Positions 20,113 through 30,799 of a DNA stretch of 64,000 nt are shown here, one piece after another. The stretch spans positions 3,806,267 through 3,870,266 of the forward strand of contig CAVNZM010000006.1 in NCBI GenBank assembly GCA_963693365.1, in the 5' to 3' direction. Origin of the DNA: Amoebidium appalachense (lineage: Eukaryota > Protista > Ichthyosporea). Every line of letters begins with the position of its first letter. The first letter of the stretch is position 1. Under the pieces are notes generated by a model. That model searched no databases. It had not been told where the DNA came from and saw only the letters and a program-made list of their open reading frames with translations. The position numbers and the translations under genes were made by a program.

Positions 20113-22278
20113 TCAGCACATGTTGAGCATCCCCACGGCCTTGGTGAAGAAAGAGGCAGACAGGGCCTTGGTGAACATGTCGGCCTTGTTGTCAGCAGAA
20201 GCCACCGGGACCACAGTGATGTTGCCCAGCAGGTGATGTTCCTTGACGGAGCAGTAGCGGACGTCGATGTGCTTGGTCTTGGGCTTAACCCCCAGGGTGT
20301 CCAGCAGGGCCCGGGCAGACTCATTGTCCCCATGGATGGGCACCGGGGTGGGCTCATTGATAGGATTAAGGCCCAGGTCGTCCATCACATAGTTGAGCCA
20401 TAGGGCCTCGTTCGTAGCAGCAGACATGGCCACAAATTCAGCCTCAGTGGAGCTGTGGGTGGTGATGGACTGGAGCCGAGACACCCAGGACACAGGGGAG
20501 GAGTTTATGAAGAAGACATAGCCCGTGGTGGAGCGCCGGGTGTCGCGGTCCTCGGCGTAGTCGGAGTCGGAGTAGCCAACAAGGTTGGGGGGGCCGGGAC
20601 GGTAGACAATACCCAGGTCGATGGTGGCCAGCAGGTAGCTTACAACTCTGGTAGCCATAGTCCAGTGGGTGACGGTGGGCGCATGAATGTGTCGAGTAAG
20701 GACTCCCAGAGCCTGGGAAATGTCGGGGCGGGTGGTACGCGCAATCCACAGCAGGGCACCGACCAGGCTGGCATAGTCCTCCTTCTTGCTGTAGGCTGGG
20801 GTCTTGTTGCTTTCACTGGCCTGGCCCGGGACGATGGGGGTCTTGGTGCCGGACATGTGGGTGAGACGAAAACGGGCAGCCAAGTCGATGATGTGTTGAC
20901 GATGGCCCAGACGCAGAGACCCGTCCTCCAGCCAGGTAAGAGTGTGCCCGATGAGCAGGGTAGGACGACCCAGGTCCTTGGCAGAGAAACGAGCATCCAG
21001 CTTGGTGAAAAAATCGTCGATGAGCGCATCAGTGGCGGCCGTCACGGTGAAGTCATCCACGTAGGCAGCAAGGGCAATAAATGTTGGGGTCCCGGCATTC
21101 TTGATGAACAGGCACGGGTCAGCAGCACTCACAATGAAGCCTTGGTCGAGGAGATGGTCACGGAGGGCCTCATACCACTGGCGCGGTGCCTGTTTTAGGC
21201 CGTAGAGCGCCTTGTGGAGCAAGCCGACAGCATGGGGGGCCGAGGGGTTGACGAAGCCAGGGGGCTGCTCAATGTAGATGGTCTCGTTGACGGTGCCGTT
21301 GAGGAATGCTGTGTTGACGTCGATGTGGCGCAGAGGCAGACCTTGGGCCACGGAGGTAGCCAAAACCAGCCGGATGGTAGCCAGCGCAGCCACAGGTGAC
21401 TCGGTGACGAAATAGTCCTGGCCAGGCTGCTGGTAGTTGCCCCGGGCCACAAGCCGGGCCTTGAAAGCAGTGACGTTGCCGACGTTGTCCTGCTTGACCG
21501 TAAAGACCCAGCCGACCGGAATGACAGTGGAGCCATCCTCTGGACGGGGCACAAGGGTGAAGGTGCCGTTGTCTTCCAGGGCCTTGAGCTCACGGTGTGC
21601 AGCCTCCTCCCATTTCAGACGCTGGGGACTCTTGAGTGCAGCCCGGACAGTCTTGGGGACAACAATGGTGGAAGCCTTGATGGGTGTTGATGCAGGAGCC
21701 GTAGCCTGGGGGGCAAGGGGGGCCGTAGCAGCAGCCACGTTGGCAGTCGGGCCTCGACGTTGGTCGTTGTACACAGCGCCACTACGGGTCGTCCGGGGGA
21801 GCCGATGTGCAGGCTCGGGCAGGATCGGAATGTCCAATTGATCACTCGGCGCTGTCCCATTGGCTGACAGACGAGACGAATCAGATTGCTGATCATTCCG
21901 GACGATGTGATTGGCTGGCTGATTTGACGAATCAGATGACTCCAAAAAATGATGAATTGCCGGTGCGGTCGACCAATCAGATGGGACATCACGGAGGGGG
22001 TGCAGAATAGCAGCCTCGTCGAACTGCACGTCACGGCTGACGGTCATCTTGTGTGCTGCTGGAATCCAGACCTTGTAGCCCTTGATGTTAGGAGGGTAGC
22101 CCACGAAGATGCCCTTGACGGCACGTGCTGGGCCCATAACCCTGTTGGACATTGTGTTCATAGAAGCTAGTTCTAGTGCACGTTGTTCCTTCTGTAAGTC
22201 AGAAATGATTGCATCTTGTGAGGCCAACCTCTGCTCCAGTAGTTGGACTAGTTGCTGCAACTGTAAGTTGTCAGACAT
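20113..22278 (-). CDS. Second copy of the internally deleted Copia ORF (721 aa)
   Basis: Translation identical to 17132-19297. Confidence 0.92.
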   Translation of the reverse strand: MSDNLQLQQLVQLLEQRLASQDAIISDLQKEQRALELASMNTMSNRVMGPARAVKGIFVGYPPNIKGYKVWIPAAHKMTVSRDVQFDEAAILHPLRDVPSDWSTAPAIHHFLESSDSSNQPANHIVRNDQQSDSSRLSANGTAPSDQLDIPILPEPAHRLPRTTRSGAVYNDQRRGPTANVAAATAPLAPQATAPASTPIKASTIVVPKTVRAALKSPQRLKWEEAAHRELKALEDNGTFTLVPRPEDGSTVIPVGWVFTVKQDNVGNVTAFKARLVARGNYQQPGQDYFVTESPVAALATIRLVLATSVAQGLPLRHIDVNTAFLNGTVNETIYIEQPPGFVNPSAPHAVGLLHKALYGLKQAPRQWYEALRDHLLDQGFIVSAADPCLFIKNAGTPTFIALAAYVDDFTVTAATDALIDDFFTKLDARFSAKDLGRPTLLIGHTLTWLEDGSLRLGHRQHIIDLAARFRLTHMSGTKTPIVPGQASESNKTPAYSKKEDYASLVGALLWIARTTRPDISQALGVLTRHIHAPTVTHWTMATRVVSYLLATIDLGIVYRPGPPNLVGYSDSDYAEDRDTRRSTTGYVFFINSSPVSWVSRLQSITTHSSTEAEFVAMSAATNEALWLNYVMDDLGLNPINEPTPVPIHGDNESARALLDTLGVKPKTKHIDVRYCSVKEHHLLGNITVVPVASADNKADMFTKALSASFFTKAVGMLNMC

Positions 22279-22907
22279 AGTGTCGTGTATGATGGGTAAC
22301 TAGTCTATGTGTTTTGTGCACTGGAAACGACAGTAGAAAAGTGTAAATCAAACGTTCTGCTTCCCATGTTTGTGACATGGGAGGCACTGCTTTATATAGT
22401 CGTTGGCCACCTCATGGTGGCCTCGTGTGCACCCTGGTGGTGGGCCATGTACAGCATGGCCGAAAAGAGAGCACAATGAAAACAAGTCGTTAAAGATATA
22501 AAAGTTAACTGTGCACGTTGAGTGGCTAGTTAACTTGCACTAAAGCACACAAATAAACGTGTTTAACACACCAATTGCAGTTAAACGTAAATCTTGCTTC
22601 ACACAACTAAAAATATTCTGAGAATATCCGGGAATAAAGCACACTACCACTCTAAGAATAGAATCCTGTGGCAAATATAGACATGACATCATCTGAACCG
22701 GGAATATTAATTAATGAGCACAATTAGCACGTTGCTAGTGAAGCTCGTCATTGGTACAGTTTTGGCTCAAACATATAACTACCATATATGAATATGACCG
22801 TAAACAAAAGCTCTATGCACTCGAGTGAGTGTTGAAACAGTTATTCAATTGCTCAGAAACTTTCTCTAACAGACATTGCTAGCCGGGAGTACCAGTGTAC
22901 TCCAACA
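22143..22907 (-). repeat. LTR 4 (5'-most), 765 bp
   Basis: Same sequence and termini; followed by TSD CTGTC. Confidence 0.95.
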
Positions 22908-23532
22908 CTGTCAGGGGTGGAAGATCGAAGTCGAGAAACCAATCTACAGTGGTGTGAAAACCAATCTCTTCCTCTTGTGGGTTCGCGTTCACGTCCAAAC
23001 ACGCGAAATTTTCAATCGCCAACCAATCTATGTCCTGGGGCGGAATTGTCATCGAAGGGCGGAAAGTCTTTCCGGGTGTAAAATGTTGCAAAAATGTTGC
23101 CAATGAACACGGATAAACCAACGCGTTCACACTGGTCAAACATGTAGCCGTTAAAGGGTCAACATAGAGGACTTTCAACTCATCGGCTACATGCCTTAGT
23201 ATCCCGGCTGCTTTTCTCAGGCGGAGGAATTCAGAAAGCGAAGGTGTCGTGATGTGTTCATTTGGCTGTGTGCGCGATAAACAATGTGAAGCAACGTGCA
23301 TGAAATGGTGGAACGGCGTATTTGGTCCTGTTTTTGTAAAAGGTACACAAACGTGGTTGTGGTCATCTATGCACTCGCCCAACGCGCACGATTTATCTAT
23401 AGTCACATCCAAAAACACATCATCTCCCCTCGTCACTAACGCTGCCTCAAAATATCGATCTTCACCAACTCTGACTCCAATAGTGCCTGGGGCGTACAGG
23501 CGCAATAAGCATGCAAACTGTGCTATGTCCAT
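22908..23532 (-). pseudogene. 5' part of the viral gene interrupted by the Copia array
   Basis: ORF MDIAQFACLL...FDLPPLT reads into LTR4 and stops after VLEYTGTPG, which is LTR-derived. Confidence 0.8.
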
Positions 23533-23982
23533 ATCTCGTGGAGTCTACGGATTCTTACGCATTTTCGGCCTAGCGATTTAGTACATTGTGGCAGCTCATT
23601 TGGCAAGGGCTGGTTTTTGTGCGTTTTTTTTTATCAAAGAGTCGCGCAGCCAATCGTTCACTTCCGATGAACCAACAACCAATCGTTAATTCGATAGGAA
23701 ATCGGTGATTTGATGACATTCAGCCAACAAATGGGTTGTTGCCATGTGTAAATAATGATTGGTTTGTCGAAATGTCTCGCATTTTTCTTGACTTGTTGGA
23801 TCGCTGATCTTCAACCAAACATATATCTACAATTTGCTTTTCTGTTATTTTAATTGGCTAGACGTCATGCAAGTGTTTTGGGCTAAAAGATTCCCGTGCT
23901 GTGATTGGTTGCTCAATCGTATCACGTTGGAAGATGCATCGGTATGTTGTTTTGCTTTATTGAGCCCCTCGGGTCGGACGTT

Positions 23983-24408
23983 CTACTCCGAGTCGCCGTC
24001 GTCGAGGATGGAATCTGTTTCTATATAGTTGTCCTTGTCGACGTGTTTGAGTGATTGCTTTGTGGCGAGGTCTTTGTCCGGTATGGCAGTCAGGAAGGAT
24101 ACCAGGTCGTTGGCCTTTTTCGTGTCCTTGAAGTACGTTTCGAGCTGACGGCGGAGATACTTTTCGCTTAGTTGTGGCTTTTTGATTGATTCTTGAAGAA
24201 TCAGAAGGTCTTTCGTGGGAAGCTCGAGTGACCTGACATTTCCAGACGACATGTACTTCAGAATGGCCTTCTTTATAGTATTCATTTTCTTGGTCACAGG
24301 TTTTGTCTGTGCCGCGTGCTCCTTGATCTGTGCGTGGAGGGTTGCATAGTCACGCAAAACGCCCTTCAAGCTCTCTACATTGGAGATCTCGGTGTTTGGT
24401 TTTCCCAT
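23983..24408 (-). CDS. DUF5760-like conserved NCLDV protein
   Basis: L...LRDY..L..QIK......V.KKM..IKK.IL.YM...NV..L.L....L.L.ES.KK..LS.KYL...L..YF pattern recalled for this giant-virus family. Confidence 0.7.
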   Translation of the reverse strand: MGKPNTEISNVESLKGVLRDYATLHAQIKEHAAQTKPVTKKMNTIKKAILKYMSSGNVRSLELPTKDLLILQESIKKPQLSEKYLRRQLETYFKDTKKANDLVSFLTAIPDKDLATKQSLKHVDKDNYIETDSILDDGDSE

Positions 24409-24531
24409 TTGCTATTACACACACATAATATTTTGTGGTGTTTTCGGCGAAGTCGTGGTGCTAACGTCATCGAGTCTTGGTTCTGCTTGCGTCATCGAGT
24501 CTTGTTCTGCTTGCGTCATCGACGATTATAA

Positions 24532-25842
24532 ATGACGATGTCATCGACCGCGAGCTCGACGTTTCGATCATTGGTTGGATTTGTCCGTGTGAACCCCAAG
24601 ATGCGTTTTGCGACGACCGGGGCGAGTTGTGTGCCGTTGTGCTTTTTCAACCATCCTGTCGAAGGAGCCTCCGTGTTCCTAGCCCGACCCCGTGCCTACA
24701 ATCCATTTGGGGGTGTCGAGAGGTGGAGCCTTGAGACGGGCCCCGTTGGCTTCCCAAGCGCTGGTCTGGCGCGGTTTTGCGAGTTGACCACGGCGTACGT
24801 CGTGCTGGTAGTCGATTATCCGACGTTTGTTGTGTGGGGCAAATGTACAATCTCGTTGGTTAATCGCCATCGCGCGGAACCTGGCGTTGGCCAATCAGCG
24901 TTGCTGCGCGCGTCACCGGGCAGTGCAAACGCGGATAGGCGGGTTGGGGCCGCGTCGGCTGACATACTCGCGCTGGACGTCTTGCTGCCGTTCGATGTAA
25001 CCGGTGCGCGTCTCGTGGGATACAGCGGTCGCCACGGGGTCGTGGTATTTTTGATCCACAGCAGCCCAGATCTGGGTGACTGGGCCTGTCCGCAGCTCCG
25101 GGGATATGGGACCGGTACTGCCGGGGCTGGGAAAGGACCCGGGTTGCCGCTTTGGTCGATGGACCGACATGTGGTCTCCGAGCATCCGTGTTCTGTGGGC
25201 GACTCGCTTGTTGTGTTGTGTCGGGGAGAGCGAGGATCGACGTTTGTTGTGTCGGTTGATTGGGTCACGGGTGCACGGAACTGGAGTGTCTGTCTGGGTG
25301 GGTGGATGGGTGCGATGGGGGTGTTGTCGGTGTCGAGTGTCGATATCCGTGTTCTGTACCACAATCATGCGCCAGGTGAGGACGGGACGCTCGCGGTGGT
25401 GGACGCGATCGGTCTGCGGGACGGCCGACTTCTTGGGGAATGCAGAGTGGATATGCTGACGACATGTAGACCTCATTGGTGCGGTGATGAAGTCGGGTGT
25501 GCATTCTGTTCAAAGGCACCCCTCGAGCCCACACATCGATACTTTGCCAAGCGTGCGTTATGTACTTGTTGGGTGGATATGTACGAGAGGACGGTGTTGT
25601 GCCGCGGGGGCGACCGATTGTATGTTGGTCGCCTGGGTTTCAGTAGAGGGGATAGCGATGTGCTGATATACGAAGTCGGCGCTGACGATGTGGTGCGTCT
25701 TGTCAGCCAGCATCGCGTGTTTCTGGATGGTGTCGTGCACGCGCTGACCATGAGTGTCGCCAGTCGATTCGTTGTTTTGGGCGCACACGTGACCGCCGAT
25801 GGAGGGAGTATCTTTCAGGTTTTCCGGTGGAAGATCGAGTGA
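24532..25842 (+). CDS. Hypothetical protein, possible PQQ-like beta-propeller
   Basis: 436-aa beta-rich ORF with VSVDWVTGARNWSV and DAIGLRDGRLL blade-like segments. TATAAA just upstream. Confidence 0.55.
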   Translation: MTMSSTASSTFRSLVGFVRVNPKMRFATTGASCVPLCFFNHPVEGASVFLARPRAYNPFGGVERWSLETGPVGFPSAGLARFCELTTAYVVLVVDYPTFVVWGKCTISLVNRHRAEPGVGQSALLRASPGSANADRRVGAASADILALDVLLPFDVTGARLVGYSGRHGVVVFLIHSSPDLGDWACPQLRGYGTGTAGAGKGPGLPLWSMDRHVVSEHPCSVGDSLVVLCRGERGSTFVVSVDWVTGARNWSVCLGGWMGAMGVLSVSSVDIRVLYHNHAPGEDGTLAVVDAIGLRDGRLLGECRVDMLTTCRPHWCGDEVGCAFCSKAPLEPTHRYFAKRALCTCWVDMYERTVLCRGGDRLYVGRLGFSRGDSDVLIYEVGADDVVRLVSQHRVFLDGVVHALTMSVASRFVVLGAHVTADGGSIFQVFRWKIE

Positions 25843-26147
25843 TGTGTGGGCTACTATTGCCCGGTGTACTAACGATTTGAAGCTACACAGCTGGCTATTT
25901 TTGCTTTCGTGCTCGGTCATTAGTATTCAATATTACACACCATGTTCTGTCATTTGGTTTCGGTGTTGGCACTAAGATATGTAATTGCACACCGACATGT
26001 GTCGACGGTTCATAGTCTTTGCTTCTGTTTGCCAGCACTGCCAAAGTTTGTATCCATCAAACATTATATATAAACTGTATCTGTATCTGTGTGTTGTTCC
26101 CCGTTCCGTGCATGCTCGATAATAGCACGTAAAATAATGGGTTAGTC

Positions 26148-27128
26148 TCATATGACCACTGATTCGATGTATCCTCGGGTGGGTGCGGCGTCCCATGCAG
26201 GGCAGCCATGTGTGTGTTGCGTTTGTGCTGTGGATTGTGCGTACGGGTCGAGCTTGCGTTCGTGGCCGACAAAGAAGTTTGTCGTGAGAGTCGCGATTGT
26301 TCGGCTTGATGCGAGTGTCACTTGGTATGCCTTGAGGGATGCACATGCAAATGCTTTGTCGTCGAAGAAAGACTCGCATCTCGCCAGTGTTTTTGAGATT
26401 GTTGTCGAGCCGGATTTGACGGCCGTGACCGTTCCACAGTCGTGCAGTGGAAACGCAACATATGTGCCTTCAAAAGCACCCTTGATGGTCCAACAAGGAC
26501 TCTGTTTGTCTCCAGAGAAGTGGATCAGTCCTGAAGATATTGCCCCGTGAACTGTCTCGTCGTATGTCATCCACGGAGACGATCCGTGTGTGAATACGCG
26601 GCCGCCGTGTACATCCAGAAATGCAATTCTATGGATGTTTGGGTCCCTCGATGTGGCCGTTTTCTGTTGGGGTTCGTTATTTTCCTGGTAGAGTCTTTTG
26701 TAATTGGCGAGTTCGTGGTGAAGCCTAATGTTATCCTTTTCCGTCTCTTGTAATGAATTTATAAGCCTGTTCTGATTATTTAAGAGCTTGATCGCGTTGC
26801 TTATTTGCGACATGATACTTTCCAATCCCTTCTCGAGTGGATCGTCTTTGGTTTTTTCTGTTGTGCTAGGTTGCAAATGAGCAGCCATCGTCGTGAAATG
26901 ATTCAAAATTTTGAGTGTCTGTGTGGAGGTTCTGTTAAACATGTTTATTATATTTTTAATGTCGTCTATTTTGTTTGGGTCGTCGACATCAGTGCCACCC
27001 CCAACTGTTCCCGATCCAGCGGTGTCGCTTTCTTTTGGCATTTTCGATAACAATCTGACGATGTCATCGTGTGTGGCGCTCAGTGAATTCCGAATTCCGC
27101 TTAGAATTTCTTCGTTTACGGTTGACAT
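26148..27128 (-). CDS. Hypothetical protein with N-terminal coiled coil
   Basis: 326-aa intronless ORF with heptad-like segments. Confidence 0.65.
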   Translation of the reverse strand: MSTVNEEILSGIRNSLSATHDDIVRLLSKMPKESDTAGSGTVGGGTDVDDPNKIDDIKNIINMFNRTSTQTLKILNHFTTMAAHLQPSTTEKTKDDPLEKGLESIMSQISNAIKLLNNQNRLINSLQETEKDNIRLHHELANYKRLYQENNEPQQKTATSRDPNIHRIAFLDVHGGRVFTHGSSPWMTYDETVHGAISSGLIHFSGDKQSPCWTIKGAFEGTYVAFPLHDCGTVTAVKSGSTTISKTLARCESFFDDKAFACASLKAYQVTLASSRTIATLTTNFFVGHERKLDPYAQSTAQTQHTHGCPAWDAAPTRGYIESVVI

Positions 27129-27213
27129 TTCTGTTTATCATTGCTGTGAAAATATCGACACCGCCCGAGCGACAAATTATTGGTCTCGTAACGGACACGC
27201 CAATCGGCTAGTC

Positions 27214-28397
27214 TGGTGGGACGGAAGCAAGGGTTCTGTGTGGCGACCAATCGGAACGCGCGGTTGGGGCGTGGTCGTGGTGACGGGACTGCGGTCAAGG
27301 GTAGAAGCATCATCGAAGACCCTGTCGTGTCGGACGCGCAATCTGATTGGTGGGACGGAAGCAAGGGTTCTGTGTGGCGACCAATCGGAACGCGCGGTTG
27401 GGGCGTGGTCGTGGTGACGGGACTGCGGTCAAGGGTAGAAGCATCATCGAAGACCCTGTCGTGTCGGACGCGCAATCTGATTGGTGGGACGGAAGCAAGG
27501 GTTCTGTGTGGCGACCAATCGGAACGCGCGGTTGGGGCGTGGTCGTGGTGACGGGACTGCGGTCAAGGGTAGAAGCATCATCGAAGACCCTGTCGTGTCG
27601 GACGCGCAATCTGATTGGTGGGACGGAAGCAAGGGTTCTGTGTGGCGACCAATCGGAACGCGCGGTTGGGGCGTGGTCGTGGTGACGGGACTGCGGTCAA
27701 GGGTAGAAGCATCATCGAAGACCCTGTCGTGTCGGACGCGCAATCTGATTGGTGGGACGGAAGCAAGGGTTCTGTGTGGCGACCAATCGGAACGCGCGGT
27801 TGGAGCGTGGTCGTGGTGACGGGACTGCGGTCAAGGGTAGAAGCATCATCGAAGACCCTGTCGTGTCGGACGCGCAATCTGATTGGTGGGACGGAAGCAA
27901 GGGTTCTGTGTGGCGACCAATCGGAACGCGCGGTTGGGGCGTGGTCGTGGTGACGGGACTGCGGTCAAGGGTAGAAGCATCATCGAAGACCCTGTCGTGT
28001 CGGACGCGCAATCTGATTGGTGGGACGGAAGCAAGGGTTCTGTGTGGCGACCAATCGGAACGCGCGGTTGGGGCGTGGTCGTGGTGACGGGACTGCGGTC
28101 AAGGGTAGAAGCATCATCGAAGACCCTGTCGTGTCGGACGCGCAATCTGATTGGTGGGACGGAAGCAATGGTTCTGTGTGGCGACCAATCGGAACGCGCG
28201 GTTGGGGCATGGTCGTGGTGACGGGACTGCGGTCAAGGGTAGAAGCATCATCGAAGACCCTGTCGTGTCGGACGCGCAATCTGATTGGTGGGACGGAAGC
28301 AAGGGTTCTGTGTGGCGACCAATCGGAACGCGCGGTTGGGGCGTGGTCGTGTGGTCAAGAGTTCGAAGACCCTATCGTGTCGAACGCGCAATCTGAT
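27214..28397. repeat. 134-bp tandem repeat, 8 full copies plus 1 degenerate copy
   Basis: Units start at 27214, 27348, 27482, 27616, 27750, 27884, 28018, 28152 and 28286. Near-identical, with no variable spacers. Confidence 0.95.
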
Positions 28398-28631
28398 GTG
28401 TGATATTTCTGTTGTTTTTTTTTTTGTTATTTTATTCTCCTTCTGTGATTTGTTTACAACAATCTTAAACCGGGCGGTCCAATTGATGGATGTCTCTTGA
28501 TACTTTGTTTTTGTCGCTACGTTGTGTGTCTCCTGGCTATAAGAAGTGTTGTGTGTGTGTCAGTATGCTCATTCTACAGTCGCAGCTTTCTTTTCACATC
28601 TACTCTAGCTCTCAACGAGGCTGTTTTCAAC

Positions 28632-29825
28632 ATGTCTAACCTTAGCTCTCGAGACTACGACTTGGGGGTTGATGGTGCTGCAATCGAGGCGGCCCTTGCC
28701 ATTCCTAGGAATGTCAAAAACCTCGTGCGCGTTGCTGGGTTCGGATGTGTTGTCCGTGATCTGATGACTACTTTTGCCGACTATACCCACGACGAGAGGC
28801 TCAAGGAAATCCTTTCTGCTATCAAGTGTATGTTACCTGAAGGGATACCACAATACCCGAGGGGTTTCACTTCAGAAGACGAAGAGAGTCTGAGGACCGC
28901 CATCGTTTCTTACTGCAAGAGTAGCAACCGCAACGCCACGATTGCTCGGAATGTCGAGTCGTGTGCACGTGCCGGTGATCTCGCCCAGTCTATGGGTGCC
29001 GCCCCCATCGCCCCGCCTCAAGATGTCGCCCCCATCGCCCCGCCTCAAGATGTCGCCCCCATCGCCCCGCCTCAAGATGTCGACATCGAGATGGCTGAGC
29101 AAGACCCAGATGATACTAAGATGGGTGATCACAATTCGGAAAGGAGCTCCAGTAGTAGGTCTGATACCGAATCGTCGTCGTCTTCGTCTTCATCTGATGA
29201 CGATGACAACGATGACAACGATGACAACGATGACAACAAGGGGGCTATCTGTCTCAGTGACTTCTACAGTCTTATGCAGAAGAATCGTGAGAGCCAGGAC
29301 AATGTGGTTATCGATGTGCCAGCCTCGCGGTTTGCTATGTTCGATAAACTGGGCAATCCGATCTTTGTCGAGTCACGCCATCGAATCGCCGAACCCCAAA
29401 CCGCTCCGATCGAGGTTTCCTCTGACGATGACACCACTCAAGATCGTCCGCCTGTCGCTCAGCCCGTCGTCTCTAATGGGATCAGTAAGACCATTGGCCG
29501 CAAGTTGGCGATTCCATCGGTGGGCAAGACCCTCCCCGGGACTGCCGAGGCACTTCGGAAGATCGCGAATGCCGGTGTTCAAAAGCACTCCAAGCCCAAG
29601 AAGTCTAAGCCCAAGAAGTCTAAGTCGGAATCGCCCGTACCCAACAACATTGCCGACTGTAATAACCCAGAGAGTAGAAAACGTGCATTTTCTGAATATA
29701 TGGATACTTGCAAGAATATTTGTAAACTGGTAAAGAAGAATATATTGACAGAGGAGCAGGCTAAACAGGCTAAACTTGCGGCCTGGCAGAAGAGAATCAA
29801 AGACGAGTCAAAGCCTGATGAATAG
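28632..29825 (+). CDS. Hypothetical protein with APIAPPQDV x3, Ser/Asp tract and KPKKS basic motifs
   Basis: ORF from MSNLSSRD; TATAAG at ~28538 upstream; last clear gene of the viral block. Confidence 0.7.
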   Translation: MSNLSSRDYDLGVDGAAIEAALAIPRNVKNLVRVAGFGCVVRDLMTTFADYTHDERLKEILSAIKCMLPEGIPQYPRGFTSEDEESLRTAIVSYCKSSNRNATIARNVESCARAGDLAQSMGAAPIAPPQDVAPIAPPQDVAPIAPPQDVDIEMAEQDPDDTKMGDHNSERSSSSRSDTESSSSSSSSDDDDNDDNDDNDDNKGAICLSDFYSLMQKNRESQDNVVIDVPASRFAMFDKLGNPIFVESRHRIAEPQTAPIEVSSDDDTTQDRPPVAQPVVSNGISKTIGRKLAIPSVGKTLPGTAEALRKIANAGVQKHSKPKKSKPKKSKSESPVPNNIADCNNPESRKRAFSEYMDTCKNICKLVKKNILTEEQAKQAKLAAWQKRIKDESKPDE

Positions 29826-30214
29826 GTTTAAATCATGTCATTAGTGTCGATGTATGCGTGTTCTTAGTCTTAACAGTAGATTCGGCTTCTATTAGTATGC
29901 ATATGTGTTTCTGTGCTTGTTTCTTATATCGACTTGGCTTGTCAATAAAAGTTTCATTGTGTTGTTACTCGATATGTTTGGTGAATATTATACCCCCCCC
30001 CCCCCCCCCTGCCTCGCGTGCCCCACGTGCCCCACGTGCCTCGCGTGCCCCACGTGCCTCGCGTGCCTCACCTGCCTCACCTGCCTCACGTGCCCCCCCC
30101 CCCCCTGTCCCCCTGCCCCCCTGCCTCACCTGCCTCACGTGCCTGCCTCACCTGCCCCCCCTGCCCCCCTGCCTCACCTGCCTCACCTGCCTCACCTGCC
30201 CGGGTCAAGACTCA

Positions 30215-30525
30215 AGACTTAGACTTTTTGCTCTCTGTCTCGCGTGTAGACTTAGACTTTTTGCTCTCTGTCTCGCGTGTAGACTTAGACGTTTTGCTCT
30301 CTCTCTCTGTGTGCTTCGCGTGTAGACTTAGACGTTTTGCTCTCTCTCTCTCTGTGCCAGTGTCCATACTTAGACTTTTTGCTCTCTGTCTCGCGTGTAG
30401 ACTTAGACTTTTTGCTCTCTGTCTCGCGTGTAGACAGAGACTTTTTGCTCTCTGTCTCGCGTGTAGACTTAGACTTTTTGCTCTCTGTCTCTCTGTGCCA
30501 GTGTCCATACTTAGACGTTTTGCTT
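30215..30525. repeat. 33-bp minisatellite (agacttagactttttgctctctgtctcgcgtgt), ~9 variable copies
   Basis: Direct observation. Confidence 0.9.
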
Positions 30526-30799
30526 CCCGTCCCCCGTTCCCCGTTCCCCGGCCTGATCCTTAGTGTGACACTATGTTATCGCGTTTTAGGTTTAAATCGA
30601 TAAGTGTTTGTTGTCATTGGCCACTTTTCCACTTAAAAGTGGGTAATGCTGTATCGTTTGTTTTATCTCTTTTTTTTTTCTCTTTTTCGATTTTAAGTGA
30701 AAAAAAGTGGGAAGTGGGAAATAGATCGATCGCGATCGGATCGGAGGGTTTGGTGGGGGTGTGATCTCAAAGTTACCAGATCACATGACTAGTCCAATA

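Larger units (their letters stand above)
11068..22907 (-). mobile_element. Tandem array of three Ty1/Copia LTR retrotransposon units sharing four LTRs, flanked by a 5-bp TSD CTGTC
   Basis: CTGTC at 11063-11067 and 22908-22912. LTR start spacing is 5113, 2981 and 2981 bp. PR-IN-RT-RH gene order. Confidence 0.97.

Noticed and set aside
24465-24522. 25-bp tandem duplication in a divergent promoter
   Set aside because: Only ~2.4 copies; consistent with simple slippage.
27214-28397. CRISPR-like array
   Set aside because: Units are contiguous and near-identical with no unique spacers and no cas genes. The ORFs listed over it are repeat artefacts (134 is not a multiple of 3).
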